NCBI GenBank assembly: GCA_913019965.1
Contig: CAJVZR010000011.1
Location: forward strand, 5,847-69,846
Direction: 5' to 3'
DNA from: an uncultured Oleispira sp.
Lineage (GTDB): Bacteria; Pseudomonadota; Gammaproteobacteria; Pseudomonadales; Oceanobacteraceae
Length of the DNA: 64,000 bases
Numbering within the stretch: position 1 is the stretch's first letter; the number at the start of each line of letters is the position of its first letter. The translations under genes were made by a program, and so were the position numbers. The notes below the pieces were generated by a model. It was not told where the DNA came from. It worked only from the letters and a program-made list of their open reading frames with translations, and made no database searches. Shown piece after piece: positions 44,441 through 53,536 of the stretch.

Positions 44441-44695
44441 TTACTGGTAAGAGCTAACCAATTTGGCTAAAGCCGATACGGACGCAAAGTGAGCACGCGT
44501 TTCTTCAGAATCTGCATCTAGAGTAATGTTATATTGCTTTTTCAGCGCTACACCTAACTCAAGCGCATCAATAGAATCTAGACCTAAACCTTCACCAAAA
44601 AGTGCATCATCGCTAATGATATCGGCAGGAGTTAAATCTTCTAGATTCAACGTTTCAATGATTAATGTTTTAAGCTCAAGTTCCAAATCTTTCAA
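44441..44695 (-). CDS. Acyl carrier protein (aryl-polyene type)
   Basis: LFGEGLGLDSIDALELG with the phosphopantetheine Ser. TTG 44695 has AAGGA upstream; ORF track starts at 44734. Confidence 0.88.
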   Translation of the reverse strand: MKDLELELKTLIIETLNLEDLTPADIISDDALFGEGLGLDSIDALELGVALKKQYNITLDADSEETRAHFASVSALAKLVSSYQ

Positions 44696-44853
44696 AGCAA
44701 TGTCCTTTAATAACGGCAATTTAGATAAATACATCTAAGAAAATCATGAGATGAATTATGCCATATTACTACTAAATTATGGAACATAGTTTTCTATTCG
44801 CTGTTATGGCATTATGCCTGCTTTATCTATAAGACATTTTAAATTAGGTTTCA

Positions 44854-45930
44854 TTGATGACCCTTTATTCAAAGCCGCATTCGATTACTGCACTGGATGC
44901 GAAATTAGAAGCTCAGAAAATTGCATTTGCCCCTTTCGCCTTCCAAACAGGTGTGACATTAATAAGAACGGGTATATTGGAAGCGGTTTCCAATGCTGGT
45001 CAAGACGGTGCAGACGCAGTATTTTTGAGTGAAAAAACAGGGATATCGGAATACGGCGTTAAAGTCTTATTAGATATGGCGTTATCAATGAATGTTGTCT
45101 GGATCAAAGATGATACTCATTATGTGCTGGATAAAGTCGGTTACTTTTTATTAGGTGACCAAATGGCTCGTATCAACTTAGATTTTACTCAGGATGTTTG
45201 TTATCAAGGCCTGTTTGAAATGGAAGCGGCGATTCGTAATGGTAAGCCTGAAGGGCTTAAAGTTTTTGGTGATTGGCCAACAATTTATCCTGCACTCACC
45301 TCTTTACCTGAGCAAGCTCAAGAAAGCTGGTTTAAGTTTGATCATTATTATTCTGACCACTCTTTCCCAGAAGTCCTACCGATTGTATTTAAAGATAAGC
45401 CAAAGCATTTAGTGGATGTCGGTGGCAATACCGGTAAGTGGGCTCTATCGTGCGTACGTTTTGATGAAGATGTAAACATTACAATTATGGATTTGCCTCA
45501 GCAGATTAAAGTAATGAAAGAGAATGCTGAAGAGCAAGGTTTCTCTGATCGCATTAGCGGACATCCAATCAACCTGCTCGATAAAGAAGCGCCTTTTGTT
45601 GAAGGTGCTGATGCTATCTGGATGAGCCAGTTTTTAGATTGCTTCTCAGAAGAACAGATTCTAAGTATTTTACAGCGTGCCGCCGCGGCGATGACTGGTG
45701 ATACATGCTTATACATCATGGACACTTATTGGGATCGTCAGCGCTATGAAGCAGCCGCTTATAGTATTAATGCGACGTCTCTATATTTTACCGCCATGGC
45801 CAATGGTAATAGTCGTATGTATCATTCAAAAGATATGATTAAGCTACTACACCAAGCGGGCTTAATGGTTGAAACGGATATTGATGATATTGGCGCTGGG
45901 CATACTTTATTTAAGTGTGTTAAAAAATAA
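44854..45930 (+). CDS. SAM-dependent O-methyltransferase of the aryl-polyene cluster
   Basis: ALDAKLEAQKIAFAPFAFQ N-terminus, LVDVGGNTGKWA SAM motif, WMSQFLDCFSE, MANGNSRMY. Confidence 0.85.
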   Translation: MMTLYSKPHSITALDAKLEAQKIAFAPFAFQTGVTLIRTGILEAVSNAGQDGADAVFLSEKTGISEYGVKVLLDMALSMNVVWIKDDTHYVLDKVGYFLLGDQMARINLDFTQDVCYQGLFEMEAAIRNGKPEGLKVFGDWPTIYPALTSLPEQAQESWFKFDHYYSDHSFPEVLPIVFKDKPKHLVDVGGNTGKWALSCVRFDEDVNITIMDLPQQIKVMKENAEEQGFSDRISGHPINLLDKEAPFVEGADAIWMSQFLDCFSEEQILSILQRAAAAMTGDTCLYIMDTYWDRQRYEAAAYSINATSLYFTAMANGNSRMYHSKDMIKLLHQAGLMVETDIDDIGAGHTLFKCVKK

Positions 45931-45946
45931 GCCATTAGATAGCCAT

Positions 45947-45988
45947 AAAAAAACCGCGTATTGTGTATTAACAATACGCGGTTTTTTT
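45947..45988. terminator. Bidirectional terminator with an 18-bp perfect stem
   Basis: AAAAAAACCGCGTATTGT-gtatta-ACAATACGCGGTTTTTTT between convergent genes. Confidence 0.9.
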
Positions 45989-46012
45989 ATGCCCTTTGAT
46001 TAACTAAGCCGC

Positions 46013-47242
46013 TTAATCCTGCCAGCGCTTAAAAATCAATGACGTATTGATGCCACCAAAAGCAAAGTTATTACTCATCACATAATTGGTATCAATTTGG
46101 CGTGGCTCATCTTTAATGTAGTTCAAATCACCACATTCAGGGTCGATTTCAGATAAGTTGGCGGTTGCATGAAACCAGCCTTCCTTCATCATATTAATTG
46201 AAGCCCAAGCCTCTAACGCACCACAAGCGCCTAATGTATGGCCGGTAAAACTTTTCATCGAGCTGATAGCGATATCTTTACCAAAGACATTAAAGGTTGC
46301 GGTAGTTTCTGCAACATCACCACGGTCGGTCGAAGTACCGTGAGCACTAACATAGCCAATGCTACTGGCATCTAGATCAGCATCTTTAAGTGCCGACTCC
46401 ATGGCTTTTTGCATCGTCGCTGAGTTAGGTTGGGTCACATGAGTGCCATCTGAGTTACAGCCAAAGCCAACGATTTCTGCCAGGATATTAGCTCCACGAG
46501 CTTGGGCCGATTCTAATGATTCTAGAATCAAAGCCCCTGCCCCTTCACCAATCACCAAACCATCACGATTTTTATCAAACGGTGTCGGTGTTTTATCAGG
46601 GGTATCGTTTTTAGTACTGGTAGCAAATAGCGTATCAAATACGGCCGCTTCAGTAGCGCATAACTCTTCACAACCGCCCGCAACCATCATCTCTTGGCGA
46701 CCGAATTTAATCGCTTCGTAAGCATAACCGATACCTTGGCTACCAGAAGTACAAGCACTGGAAGTCGTAATGACACGGCCTTTTAAACCAAAGAAAACAC
46801 CAATATTAACCGGGGCGGTATGGGCCATCATCTTGATATAAGACGTTGCGTTTAAGCCTCGTGTACTATTGTTTAGCTTCATTTGAGCAAAGTCAGCAAC
46901 CGCATCGGGAGTACCACTTGATGAACCAAAAGAGACGCCCATGCGGCCATCTTTAATGCGTTCGTCGTTTAATAAACCCGCCTGCTCTAGTGCTAGCTCA
47001 GTTGCTCGGGTTGCCATTAAAGCTACGCGGCCCATGCTACGAGTTTGCTTGCGGGTATAATGTTCCGGTTTCTCAAAATCAAAAATCGGCGCGGCAAGAC
47101 GAGTATCTAAACCTTGATACTTATCCCAGTCTTCCATGTAACGAATACCGGTATTCATATTTTTTAAATTATGAGAAACGCTTTCCCAATCTAGACCGAT
47201 AGGCGATAGACCCGCCATACCTGTGATTACAACTCTGTTCAT
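46013..47242 (-). CDS. Beta-ketoacyl-ACP synthase (ApeR-like KS)
   Basis: TTSSACTSGSQ (Cys), YVSAHGTST (His), KSFTGHTLGACG (His), MSNNFAFGG. ATG 47242 overlaps the upstream stop (TAATG). Confidence 0.92.
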   Translation of the reverse strand: MNRVVITGMAGLSPIGLDWESVSHNLKNMNTGIRYMEDWDKYQGLDTRLAAPIFDFEKPEHYTRKQTRSMGRVALMATRATELALEQAGLLNDERIKDGRMGVSFGSSSGTPDAVADFAQMKLNNSTRGLNATSYIKMMAHTAPVNIGVFFGLKGRVITTSSACTSGSQGIGYAYEAIKFGRQEMMVAGGCEELCATEAAVFDTLFATSTKNDTPDKTPTPFDKNRDGLVIGEGAGALILESLESAQARGANILAEIVGFGCNSDGTHVTQPNSATMQKAMESALKDADLDASSIGYVSAHGTSTDRGDVAETTATFNVFGKDIAISSMKSFTGHTLGACGALEAWASINMMKEGWFHATANLSEIDPECGDLNYIKDEPRQIDTNYVMSNNFAFGGINTSLIFKRWQD

Positions 47243-47973
47243 TAACACATTCCACCATTTACGGAAATTACTTGGCGAGTGACATAACCTGCATCTTCAG
47301 CCATTAAGAAGCTAACGGCTGCTGCGACTTCTTCAGGTTGACCCATGCGTTTTGCAGGAATCATTTTTAACGCTTCTTCAACTGGCACATCGTCGATCAT
47401 ATCGGTTTCAATTAAACCCGGTGCAACACAATTCACTGTGATAGAACGTTTGGCCAGTTCAACGGCCAGTGCTTTACAAGCACCGATAAGTCCTGCTTTT
47501 GATGCACTGTAATTGACTTGGCCACGATTACCTATCACACCGGATACAGAAGAGATCGCAACAATGCGCCCTGGTTTACGGCGGCGAACAAGAGGCATGG
47601 TCAAAGGATGAGTCACATTAAAGAAACCATCCAAGTTTGTATGTACCACCAGGTCCCAATCATCAGGGCTCATCGCTGGGTAAGCGTTATCGCGAGTTAA
47701 GCCGGCGTTACAGACGATGCCATAATACATTTCAAAGGCTTCAATATCCGCCATTAAAACATCGTGAGTTTGTTGACGGTTAGCGATATCGAACTGCAAT
47801 ATACGCGCTTGGCGCCCTAACGCTTCGACAGCGCTTTTAGTTTCTTCGGCTTCTTCTAAACCCGAGCGACAATGGATAACGATATTAAAACCATCTTTTG
47901 CAAGTCGTAATGCGATGGCTCGACCAATGCCACGGCTTGAGCCCGTGACTAGAATAGTTTTATCGTTATTCAC
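47242..47973 (-). CDS. 3-oxoacyl-ACP reductase (FabG-like, ApeQ-like KR)
   Basis: TGSSRGIG, CNAG, GQVNYSASKAG (YxxxK), NCVAPGLIETDM. Confidence 0.92.
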   Translation of the reverse strand: MNNDKTILVTGSSRGIGRAIALRLAKDGFNIVIHCRSGLEEAEETKSAVEALGRQARILQFDIANRQQTHDVLMADIEAFEMYYGIVCNAGLTRDNAYPAMSPDDWDLVVHTNLDGFFNVTHPLTMPLVRRRKPGRIVAISSVSGVIGNRGQVNYSASKAGLIGACKALAVELAKRSITVNCVAPGLIETDMIDDVPVEEALKMIPAKRMGQPEEVAAAVSFLMAEDAGYVTRQVISVNGGMC

Positions 47974-48430
47974 TTTTTAATCCTTCGTCTTGAAAAAATT
48001 GTTCAGCGTCTTTTGGCTGAAAAACATTAAGTCGTGCACTTACCAATAAATCATCAGCAGAAGTAATGGTGCAATTAAAAACCCCGAGACCTTCTTCCGA
48101 TTGCATTTCTTTTTCAACACGGATCTGCAAACAAGATCCTAGAGCAAAATGACTATGAGAAGAGGAATATTTTCGGCTGCCTAATAGAAAGCCGAGTTTA
48201 ACATCTTGTTGCTGTGCTTTGGCATGAATCCCTGCAAATGCTGCAATTGCCTGAGCCATATACTCAATACCGACCCAAGCCGGAACAGCCTCGTCAGTTA
48301 AAAACAAAGTATCAGGGCGGATGCCGACTTCAGCAATGAGCCAATCATTATCGTACTCGATGACTTGATCAAGTAGGCTCATAGTCCCTGAGTGAGGAAC
48401 AAGTTCGTCAATGGGGTAGTTCGTTATCAT
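47966..48430 (-). CDS. Hot-dog fold dehydratase (ApeP-like)
   Basis: LVPHSGTMSLLD, PAWVGIEYMAQAIAA, LGFLLGSRKY. Confidence 0.87.
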   Translation of the reverse strand: MITNYPIDELVPHSGTMSLLDQVIEYDNDWLIAEVGIRPDTLFLTDEAVPAWVGIEYMAQAIAAFAGIHAKAQQQDVKLGFLLGSRKYSSSHSHFALGSCLQIRVEKEMQSEEGLGVFNCTITSADDLLVSARLNVFQPKDAEQFFQDEGLKSE

Positions 48431-49611
48431 TTTTGGCGCTCCAAAATTAACGAAATATTATTGCCGCCAAAGGCGAAAGAATTACTCATAGCGTATTGTA
48501 TCGCCTGATCATGTGAGTTTTCAGTGACCAAAGCGATAGGATCTAATTCAGGATCAATAGCGTGGTCGGATAAATGGATCGGCATTTTATTGTTTTCTTC
48601 GTTCGCTAACAATAACCAACAAAAAGCAGCTTCAATCGCGCCCGCAGCACCTAAGGTATGGCCTGTATATGCTTTAGTTGAAGAGCACGGCACCTTGTCG
48701 CTAAACAGCCGATGAATGGCTCGCCCTTCCATACGGTCATTCTGTACCGTAGCCGTGCCATGCATATTGATATAGCCAATAGCGTCAGGATTAATATGGG
48801 CATTCTTCATCGCTAATGACATCGCCTGTTCAGCCCCTTTACCGTCTGGCTCTGGTGCGGAAATATGATGCGCATCGGAGCACTCTCCTATTCCCGCTAA
48901 GCTGACTTTGGACGCTTTATCACTAACGAGAAAAAGTGCCGCACCTTCGCCAATATTAATACCATCGCGGCTAGCGCTATACGGTTTACAGATTCCTTTG
49001 CTGACGGAATCCAGAGCTGAAAAACCGTTAATAGTCAGTTCTGCCAAAGAATCTACACCGCCGGCAATGACGACATCACAGACTCCTGCGCGAATTAATC
49101 GGCGAGCACTGGCAAGGGCTTTTGCACTGGAGGAACAAGCGGTTGAAATAACATAGCAAGGGCCTTTTGCCCCGGCCCAGTTAGCCAAAGCGGTTGCAGG
49201 AGCTGACATTTCTTGCATGCTATAGTCGTAATCGTCTGGCAGAGCGCCGGTTTCAATTTGCTGAGCAAGGGCTTTTTCACCTTCTGCAATACCACTGGTA
49301 CTGGTACCAATAACGATACCGATACGTTGTGCAGGAATATTTTTAGTCGATTGCAAGAAGGCTTGTTGGATCGAATTAAACGCGGCTCTTAATAATTGAT
49401 TATTTCGAGTACGTTCGAGTGCGGGAAAATCTGATAACGCAGGTAAGGGCTCATTGACTCTGCCCACGTAGACAGCTTCTTCACTGTAGTCAGTGGTTTT
49501 TACTAGGCTGTCGGAAAAACCATTAAACAGTTTTTGAGATATATCTTGGTGATCTGATCCTAGTGCACAAATAACACCTAAGTGATTTAAATATACCGCA
49601 GTATTATTCAT
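48427..49611 (-). CDS. Beta-ketoacyl-ACP synthase (ApeO-like KS)
   Basis: ISTACSSSAKA, DAHHISAP, YINMHGTAT, KAYTGHTLGAAG, SNSFAFGGNN. Confidence 0.92.
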   Translation of the reverse strand: MNNTAVYLNHLGVICALGSDHQDISQKLFNGFSDSLVKTTDYSEEAVYVGRVNEPLPALSDFPALERTRNNQLLRAAFNSIQQAFLQSTKNIPAQRIGIVIGTSTSGIAEGEKALAQQIETGALPDDYDYSMQEMSAPATALANWAGAKGPCYVISTACSSSAKALASARRLIRAGVCDVVIAGGVDSLAELTINGFSALDSVSKGICKPYSASRDGINIGEGAALFLVSDKASKVSLAGIGECSDAHHISAPEPDGKGAEQAMSLAMKNAHINPDAIGYINMHGTATVQNDRMEGRAIHRLFSDKVPCSSTKAYTGHTLGAAGAIEAAFCWLLLANEENNKMPIHLSDHAIDPELDPIALVTENSHDQAIQYAMSNSFAFGGNNISLILERQK

Positions 49612-50194
49612 GTAATTTTCCTACGTCTAACGTCTTAATAGTAATTTCTTGCTTAAGAATCGGGTTGCTGATCAATAAGTGTGGCCATGACTGGCTGTAT
49701 TCTTTTGGCTCAACATCATCCTCAAGGGCTTTAATGGATGTAATGAGATGGCCATTAAATGTGATCTGGCGGTGAGATTCTTTTTCAACGACCTGCCAAG
49801 CACTAGTTTCTAATTCAGCTTCAATTTTGTCTAATGGCCAATAAGCTAATTGAATTTGCGAAAGAACAATGCGCCCTTCTATCGGTACGCTCAATAGTGG
49901 GCTGTAGAATTCTTTGAGTTTTTTGCCATCGTATTCTAAGCGCAATAATTCTTGCCCAGTAGCGGTCAGGCCAACAAGCTTCATCTTGCTCTCCTCTATC
50001 GACCAAGACGCAATAAGAACTTGCGGTAAATCATTCACCTGACTGCTAACCAGCTGAGTAACTTGCAGCGCTTGTGGAAAGTCTCGGGGTGAAAATAACG
50101 GAAATTTTGGCAACTCTTGAGGCTGAGAGAATAGACTACAGGCCATTAAATTAATGCATAACGCGATTAAAGCAATGATTCTAATGGGCTTCAT
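49604..50194 (-). CDS. Lipoprotein of the aryl-polyene cluster (DUF3261/ApeN-like)
   Basis: Lipobox LCINLMA-C; VLSQIQLAYWP motif; position between the MMPL and KS genes. Confidence 0.75.
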   Translation of the reverse strand: MKPIRIIALIALCINLMACSLFSQPQELPKFPLFSPRDFPQALQVTQLVSSQVNDLPQVLIASWSIEESKMKLVGLTATGQELLRLEYDGKKLKEFYSPLLSVPIEGRIVLSQIQLAYWPLDKIEAELETSAWQVVEKESHRQITFNGHLITSIKALEDDVEPKEYSQSWPHLLISNPILKQEITIKTLDVGKLHE

Positions 50195-52523
50195 TGGAGT
50201 CTCCTTTCATCGTAAAACTCGGCGCTAATAACCAAATAAGGAAGATACCGATTAAAATGGTAATGCCAAAATAATGTAAGACCGGTGTTTGGCATAAACC
50301 CAATAAACCAAAAGCAAATAAGGTTGTTAGCGTTGAAAGGTTAACGGCGAGCCAGGTATGAGGTTCGCCTTTACTATCGAATAAAAAGATACTGGCATCT
50401 AAACCAATGCCTAATAAGATCAACAAGGCTAAGAGATTAAACAGCGTTATTTGCGCACCTAATGCAGAAAGCAGAGCGATAGTGAAAATACTGGCTAATG
50501 CCGGCGCTGCAATAACTCGCCAAGCCTGTAGTTTGTACTTCATGGTTAATACTAAAAGGATGAAACCATAAGCGGCAATAATCCATAATAAAAGCTGCGA
50601 GCGATATAGGCTTAATATATTGCTAATCGACTGCACCCTATCAATGTAGATGACCTGATCACTCTTTAGTTTAGAAAGTTTTTCAATAGCTTCCGCTGTT
50701 AAACCAGTAAAGGTGATTAAGGAATAAAACGTATTGTCCGTTTGTCCTAGCCATAGATGTCTATAACCTTGGCTCGCAGGTTCTTGCAACCATTGTTCAG
50801 AAGTCATAACGTCATTATTAGAGTTTAAAAATACCTGACGTGCGGAACGCTCAATGCTCTCTGCGCCGAGTGCTTGACTGAAAGCCTGTAGCAGTTGCTG
50901 TTCACCATAGACCTTGTCTGCAATTAACTGGTATTGCTGCTGTTGTTTATTTTGCGAATAAAGTTGTTGGGCCGATGATTGAAAAGCTTGTAAATGGCCA
51001 TCATGGATTATGCTTTCAAGTTGTAATGCGATGGCTTCTTCTAGCTGTAATAGTCTATCCGCGGTTGCTGCATTCAGGACTAGGTATTGGCCAAAAGCGG
51101 GTGCTTCTAATAAATTCAATACTCGAACTTCGTTCGCGATCAACTCATCCGGGGATGTTTGCAGGTTACGAATATCATCATTGACCGTTAATGAGCCCAA
51201 CTGCCAAATGGATAGCATGATAAGAATAAGCAGGGGTATATAAAGTCGAGCTTGTTGAATGCTGGGCCAATAATGTCTGAGCTTACTCAAGATGGGTAGA
51301 ACCCGTGTTTGTGCCCAGGTTGATGTTGGAATGTTAAATAGAGGTAAAAATAACACCACGGTCAGCCACGCCGCTATTAATCCCAATGCGGAAAAACAGG
51401 CCATTTGTCGTAATCCAGGGAATGGCGTCATCGCTTGAGCAGCATAAGCGACGATACTAGACAATAAACCTAAAGCTAAGCTCGGCAGGATACGTCGTAA
51501 TAAGCCTTGCTTAGATTCGGTAGCAATCGAGGCGCAAATAAAATGCAGAGAATAGTCAATTGCCACACCGATGAGTCCGGCGCCAAAAGCCAAGGTGATC
51601 AAGTGAACTTTATCAAAGATTAATAAGGTCAGTGCAAAAGCAACCGTACAGCCCACAATAATGGGTAAAAAGGTTATTAATACCAAAGAGACTTTGCGTA
51701 AGATGAAAAGCAGCAAAAGCATGATGGCCAGTATTGAACCGAGCCCAATGGTGGATATCTCAAACTGAGCTTGTTTCGCCCCATGACTGGCGTGAAAAAT
51801 AATGCCAGAAGTCAGTACTTCGATAGTATCACCGAGGTTATTTCTCAGCTCCGTGATTAAAGTGTCTAATTGAAGCTGAGTCGATATATCAAATGGGCTC
51901 TGGCGTAATTCAGCACTGATTAAATAATAGCGCTGATCATTTACATCGCGAGTAAGCCAATCATCTTGCAGTGAGAATGCCGTTAAGGGTGACATAGCAG
52001 ACTGCCAGTTAAAAAATAACTGCAGAGGATCTGATTGAATATCTTTGCCAACGACAGCACTCATCGGACTGTATAAACGACTAAGTGCTTGCTTAATGAG
52101 AGGGTGTTGGTTCGAGACGGAGTGATTTTCAAGCGACTTTTGATCGTCATTGGTTAAGTGAAAATATTCAAACTGAGCAAGAGACGTTTGCAGTTCGGCT
52201 AATTGCTGAGCATCGATACGACCTTGAACCGTTAGAAAAATCTCACTACTAATCAGTGCCTGTTGAACTTCGAGTGCTGCTGATTGAGTTTGTTGTCTAT
52301 CAATACCTGTGACCAAAAAGATGACACGTTTATTACTCGACTCTGCTAACGCTTGATTAGCGATTCTTTCACTTTGAGAATGAGGTGATTCGGGTAATAA
52401 AGATAAAATATCCGTATCAAACTTGAGGCCAGCATTGAGCGAGTAAAAAATAGCGCCAATACAAAAGATAATGCCGGCTAGCCAGGCACCACGGATAAGA
52501 GTAAGCAAGTTAGGCATGGTCAA
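50181..52523 (-). CDS. MMPL/RND-family exporter (ApeM-like)
   Basis: FDTDILSLLP, two periplasmic loops, GLIGVAIDYSLH, LLGIGLDASIF, multiple TM helices. Confidence 0.88.
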   Translation of the reverse strand: MTMPNLLTLIRGAWLAGIIFCIGAIFYSLNAGLKFDTDILSLLPESPHSQSERIANQALAESSNKRVIFLVTGIDRQQTQSAALEVQQALISSEIFLTVQGRIDAQQLAELQTSLAQFEYFHLTNDDQKSLENHSVSNQHPLIKQALSRLYSPMSAVVGKDIQSDPLQLFFNWQSAMSPLTAFSLQDDWLTRDVNDQRYYLISAELRQSPFDISTQLQLDTLITELRNNLGDTIEVLTSGIIFHASHGAKQAQFEISTIGLGSILAIMLLLLFILRKVSLVLITFLPIIVGCTVAFALTLLIFDKVHLITLAFGAGLIGVAIDYSLHFICASIATESKQGLLRRILPSLALGLLSSIVAYAAQAMTPFPGLRQMACFSALGLIAAWLTVVLFLPLFNIPTSTWAQTRVLPILSKLRHYWPSIQQARLYIPLLILIMLSIWQLGSLTVNDDIRNLQTSPDELIANEVRVLNLLEAPAFGQYLVLNAATADRLLQLEEAIALQLESIIHDGHLQAFQSSAQQLYSQNKQQQQYQLIADKVYGEQQLLQAFSQALGAESIERSARQVFLNSNNDVMTSEQWLQEPASQGYRHLWLGQTDNTFYSLITFTGLTAEAIEKLSKLKSDQVIYIDRVQSISNILSLYRSQLLLWIIAAYGFILLVLTMKYKLQAWRVIAAPALASIFTIALLSALGAQITLFNLLALLILLGIGLDASIFLFDSKGEPHTWLAVNLSTLTTLFAFGLLGLCQTPVLHYFGITILIGIFLIWLLAPSFTMKGDSNEAH

Positions 52524-53104
52524 GGCTGAGAATTACGGATATCAAATTGAATGACCGTGCTATCACCGTTAGCCTCAAATAAAGTCATCTTTTCTAATAC
52601 CTGTTCACCCGTCAAGGTAATACGCTTGACCGCTGTCAGTAAAACCTGGCTAGTCGGTTGTAGGTTAATATCCCAACGTGTACCTGTGAGCGTATGTGAT
52701 AGGTCAAAGTGTTTATTCAGCGTCTGCCAATCTGCTGCGAGAACTGAAGCAATAATGGTAGAGATGTGGCTGGCCGCTGGCTGGCTAGCATCTAATGCCC
52801 AAACAACCTTGCCTTCTTGAATCTGACGAATGCCTTGATCATCCAAAACCATCTGGCTATGAACAGGCTTTAATACTGTCCAGTTAAGACCCGATAGTTC
52901 AGTGAAGGAGAATTCTCCCGATGAACGAATAGGCATTGGCAGTATGGCTAAATGCTTTGCTTGTTCAAAGGTCCCTGCAACCTGAGATTGCTTTGCCAAT
53001 ATTTTATTTAATACCGTTACATCTTGCTCAGCCCGAGGCTGTGCAAAGGAAGATAAGGTCATTAATAACAGGGACAGGGTCAGCAGGTGCAAAGCTCGAA
53101 TCAT
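52520..53104 (-). CDS. LolA-like periplasmic carrier (ApeL-like)
   Basis: Signal peptide, GTFEQAKHL, SSGEFSF, GLNWTVLKP, FEANGDSTVIQF. Confidence 0.8.
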   Translation of the reverse strand: MIRALHLLTLSLLLMTLSSFAQPRAEQDVTVLNKILAKQSQVAGTFEQAKHLAILPMPIRSSGEFSFTELSGLNWTVLKPVHSQMVLDDQGIRQIQEGKVVWALDASQPAASHISTIIASVLAADWQTLNKHFDLSHTLTGTRWDINLQPTSQVLLTAVKRITLTGEQVLEKMTLFEANGDSTVIQFDIRNSQP

Positions 53105-53532
53105 TACGCGCTTTCCTGTTTAGCGGCTTCGTGCTTAGCCATAATATCTAACAGAACCTTTGGTGATTCATAACACATCTGCTGCGTTTCCATATTGACC
53201 GCAACTTGGCTGGTTTCGCCTTTGGTTAGTTTTTTCTGAGTAAGCGCGTCTCTAATTTCATATTGAATGCGCAAACGGTTTTCCCATTCTTTTAATGTTG
53301 CTGTGACGACGATGATTTGGTCAAACGTCGCAGGGCCTGGATAACGAATGTGTAAATCGATCACAGGCCATGCAAAACCAGAGTCGCGCATCTGTTTGTA
53401 GTTATAGCCGAGCTTATTCAGTAGCTCACATCGAGCAATTTCGAAATACTTAACATAGTGGCCATGCCAAGCAATCTCCATGGTATCAACGTCATGAAAG
53501 GGCACTAAAATTTCAACAGATGCTTTCAACAT
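53104..53532 (-). CDS. Acyl-CoA/ACP thioesterase (ApeK-like, 4HBT family)
   Basis: VPFHDVDTMEIAWHGHYVKYFEIARC. Likely start ATG 53532, just after the lyase stop. Confidence 0.87.
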   Translation of the reverse strand: MLKASVEILVPFHDVDTMEIAWHGHYVKYFEIARCELLNKLGYNYKQMRDSGFAWPVIDLHIRYPGPATFDQIIVVTATLKEWENRLRIQYEIRDALTQKKLTKGETSQVAVNMETQQMCYESPKVLLDIMAKHEAAKQESA

Positions 53533-53536
53533 AGTA

